This document shows, piece after piece, positions 62,303 through 64,000 of a DNA stretch of 64,000 nucleotides. Position 1 is the stretch's first letter, and the number at the start of each line of letters is the position of its first letter. The stretch lies in assembly GCA_964518165.1 (NCBI GenBank), contig CAZFFN010000041.1:1791-65790 (forward strand), read 5' to 3'. Origin of the DNA: an uncultured Thermoplasmatales archaeon (lineage in GTDB: Archaea; Thermoplasmatota; E2; DHVEG-1). The notes under the pieces are model-generated. The model made no database searches. It had not been told where the DNA came from and was given only the letters and a program-made list of their open reading frames with translations. Both the position numbers and the translations under genes were made by a program.

Positions 62303-62908
62303 ATGGGATTTTCTTATTTTTTCAGAGATGTTGAGGCGATGGATCTAATTATTGAGTATGCTCTTCCAAAAGTTAGATCGAAGAGATTTATCAATATTTG
62401 GAGCGCGGGATGCTCAGAGGGCCAAGAACCTTATACTCTTGCAATAAAACTTAGAGAAAAATTAGGACATTTTGCTTTCAGGAGAATAAAAATATTTGCT
62501 ACAGATATTGATAATACGACAGGTAAATTTGGTGAAACAATAAAAAAAGGAAGATATCCAAAAAAAATGGTTGAAAGAGTAGATTCAGAGATCCTATCAC
62601 GTTATTTTGAATCAATAAATAATGGTTTGGATTACAAAGTTATACCTGAAATTAAAAATATTGTGGAATTTCAAAAACATGATCTTCTATCCTATACGGA
62701 AATCAGAGGAGGATTTAACATTATTCTTTGTAAAAATGTTCTTATGCATTTTAATAAAGATCAAAGAGCGGAAGTTATCAAAATGTTTCACCGATCCCTT
62801 GATGACAATGGTTATCTTGCCATGGAAAGAACACAAAAAATGCCTGAAAAAGCATCTTCAATGTATGAAAGAGTTACAGAAAAAGGCCAGATCTTTAAAA
62901 AAATATAA
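62303..62908 (+). CDS. Stand-alone CheR-type SAM-dependent methyltransferase domain protein
   Basis: FINIWSAGCSEGQEPYTLAIKL...FNIILCKNVLMHF matches the CheR MTase core. No N-terminal all-alpha CheR domain. Located about 28 kb from the che cluster. Confidence 0.6.
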   Translation: MGFSYFFRDVEAMDLIIEYALPKVRSKRFINIWSAGCSEGQEPYTLAIKLREKLGHFAFRRIKIFATDIDNTTGKFGETIKKGRYPKKMVERVDSEILSRYFESINNGLDYKVIPEIKNIVEFQKHDLLSYTEIRGGFNIILCKNVLMHFNKDQRAEVIKMFHRSLDDNGYLAMERTQKMPEKASSMYERVTEKGQIFKKI

Positions 62909-62929
62909 GGTTTATTTGAGGAAAATCAT

Positions 62930-63373
62930 ATGAAAAGGGGTAATAAACCAGATTTAGGGGAAATATCCAAAAAAAGCATTTATTTAAATCGACTTAGAGG
63001 AATTTCTCATAGCTTAGATATAGAAGAAAAAGATGAGTTAAATTCAAACGTTTTATTTCATATTCACGATAAACATAGTAATTGGAAGGTTGTTGGTACG
63101 GCAGATGTTGATTTTTGTAATTCAGAGAAAAAAACTATGAGCCATGGTGTAATACCAGATAAATCTGCAGCAATTGGATGGGTTAAAGTTTCTGATAAAT
63201 ATAGAGGTAAAAAATTAGGTAAAAAACTTTTATCATACATTGAAGAGAAAGCTAAGGAGAAAGGCATGAATCAGATTTATGCAACTTCGGTTATGGCTGA
63301 GGCTAAAGGTTTCTGGGAGAAAATGGGCTATAAATGGTCTGGAGAGTTGAGAACCTGGTTTAAAAAATTATAA
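62930..63373 (+). CDS. GNAT-family N-acetyltransferase
   Basis: ...VKVSDKYRGKKLGKKLLSYIEEKAKEKGMNQIY... acetyl-CoA-binding motif (R/Q-x-x-G-x-G/A). Confidence 0.6.
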   Translation: MKRGNKPDLGEISKKSIYLNRLRGISHSLDIEEKDELNSNVLFHIHDKHSNWKVVGTADVDFCNSEKKTMSHGVIPDKSAAIGWVKVSDKYRGKKLGKKLLSYIEEKAKEKGMNQIYATSVMAEAKGFWEKMGYKWSGELRTWFKKL

Positions 63374-63394
63374 CTTTTTATATGGAAATATACT

Positions 63395-63976
63395 ATGAAA
63401 ATCTCTAATCTTACGAATGATTCAGATGTATACACATCTAACGTTTATTTTATTAGAGGCGATTGGAATGGTATTGATGATACTAATGTTTTGGTTGATG
63501 CTGGAAGAGACCCTAAAGTTTTAGAAAATATTAAAGATTTAAATACGGGAGTAGGTAAAAAAAAGATAGATAAAATAATTTTGACTCACAACCATTATGA
63601 TCATATATTTATGGCACCTAAAATAAAAGAGCTTTATGACTGTAAAATATTTGCTTTTCATAATAATGATTTTGTTGATGTTACCTTGAAAGAAGGAATG
63701 TTAATCAAAGCTGGAGAAAGATATTTGGAAATAATTCATACACCCGGTCACACTTCTGATTCTATTTGTTTATGGGAACAAAAACAAAAAATATTGTTCA
63801 CAGGAGATACAAATATTAATATTTCTAAAAGGCAACATAAAGATGATAAAATACTGGTTTATATCAAAAAACTTGCTCGTTTAGACGTAAAGATCATTTA
63901 TCCCGGGCATGGTAAACCTATAACAAAAAATGCTGATAGAATTATAAAAGACTCACTATTTAATTTGAGTTTATAA
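63395..63976 (+). CDS. Metallo-beta-lactamase-fold hydrolase
   Basis: LTHNHYDH (HxHxDH) motif, a later HTPGHT and a C-terminal PGHG. Confidence 0.75.
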   Translation: MKISNLTNDSDVYTSNVYFIRGDWNGIDDTNVLVDAGRDPKVLENIKDLNTGVGKKKIDKIILTHNHYDHIFMAPKIKELYDCKIFAFHNNDFVDVTLKEGMLIKAGERYLEIIHTPGHTSDSICLWEQKQKILFTGDTNINISKRQHKDDKILVYIKKLARLDVKIIYPGHGKPITKNADRIIKDSLFNLSL

Positions 63977-64000
63977 TTTTTAAGTATTTTATTATTCTAA

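Noticed and set aside
62303-62908. Considered as a second bona fide chemotaxis CheR
   Set aside because: It lacks the N-terminal CheR all-alpha domain and sits about 28 kb from the che cluster next to a radical-SAM/GNAT/MBL group. It is better described as a CheR-fold methyltransferase of unknown substrate.
1-64000. Search for tRNA/rRNA genes, CRISPR arrays and IS/transposase genes
   Set aside because: No GC-rich cloverleaf-sized islands in intergenic regions, no regularly spaced direct repeats with spacers, and no transposase or integrase-like ORFs. The only repeats are intragenic (MCP paralog tracts, the ETEPD linker) or short promoter-region direct repeats.

Overview
This window reads as an AT-rich archaeal chromosomal segment. 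The archaeal assignment rests on topoisomerase VI A/B, Kae1 and Bud32 as separate adjacent genes, a Csl4-RpoL(Rpo11)-TruD block, and GGAGG-type ribosome-binding sites. It is densely coded with frequent translational coupling between neighbours. I found no rRNA, tRNA, CRISPR array or transposase. I could not place the organism more precisely than an AT-rich archaeon.

The main blocks are:
(a) Ion and osmotic homeostasis genes (about 0.1-11.7 kb): a P-type ATPase, MscS, TrkA and TrkH, a frameshifted HPP-family gene and a CNNM/CorC-like protein.
(b) DNA and RNA housekeeping (about 13.7-29.2 kb): top6B, top6A, a Ham1-like ITPase, Bud32, Kae1, IleRS, TruD, RpoL, Csl4 and an Hjc-like nuclease. Immediately upstream sit a family-B DNA polymerase homolog with substituted catalytic motifs and a RadB-like RecA-fold protein that lacks a Walker A motif.
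(c) A chemotaxis super-cluster (about 34.1-51.5 kb): cheR, cheD, three tandem cheC genes, cheA, a cheB with two receiver domains, cheY, a CheF-like candidate, cheW with a lysine-rich tail, and three MCP genes. The MCPs share a distinctive cysteine-rich PAS-like module, and stretches of their signalling-domain DNA are near-identical.
(d) PAS-rich signal transduction (about 55.0-59.1 kb): a hybrid REC-PAS-HTH regulator and a multi-PAS HisKA_2-type kinase. A PAS-only protein also sits at 32.5-34.1 kb.
(e) A small divergent cluster at the right edge (about 60.3-64.0 kb): an Lrp/AsnC regulator with a cysteine-rich tail, an atypical radical-SAM protein, a stand-alone CheR-type methyltransferase, a GNAT acetyltransferase and a metallo-beta-lactamase-fold hydrolase.

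The best candidates for something new are the degenerate PolB, P-loop-less RadB-like protein, micro-ORF and Hjc-like nuclease module at 25.5-29.2 kb; the cysteine-rich sensory module reused across the MCPs; and the radical-SAM/CheR-like cluster.
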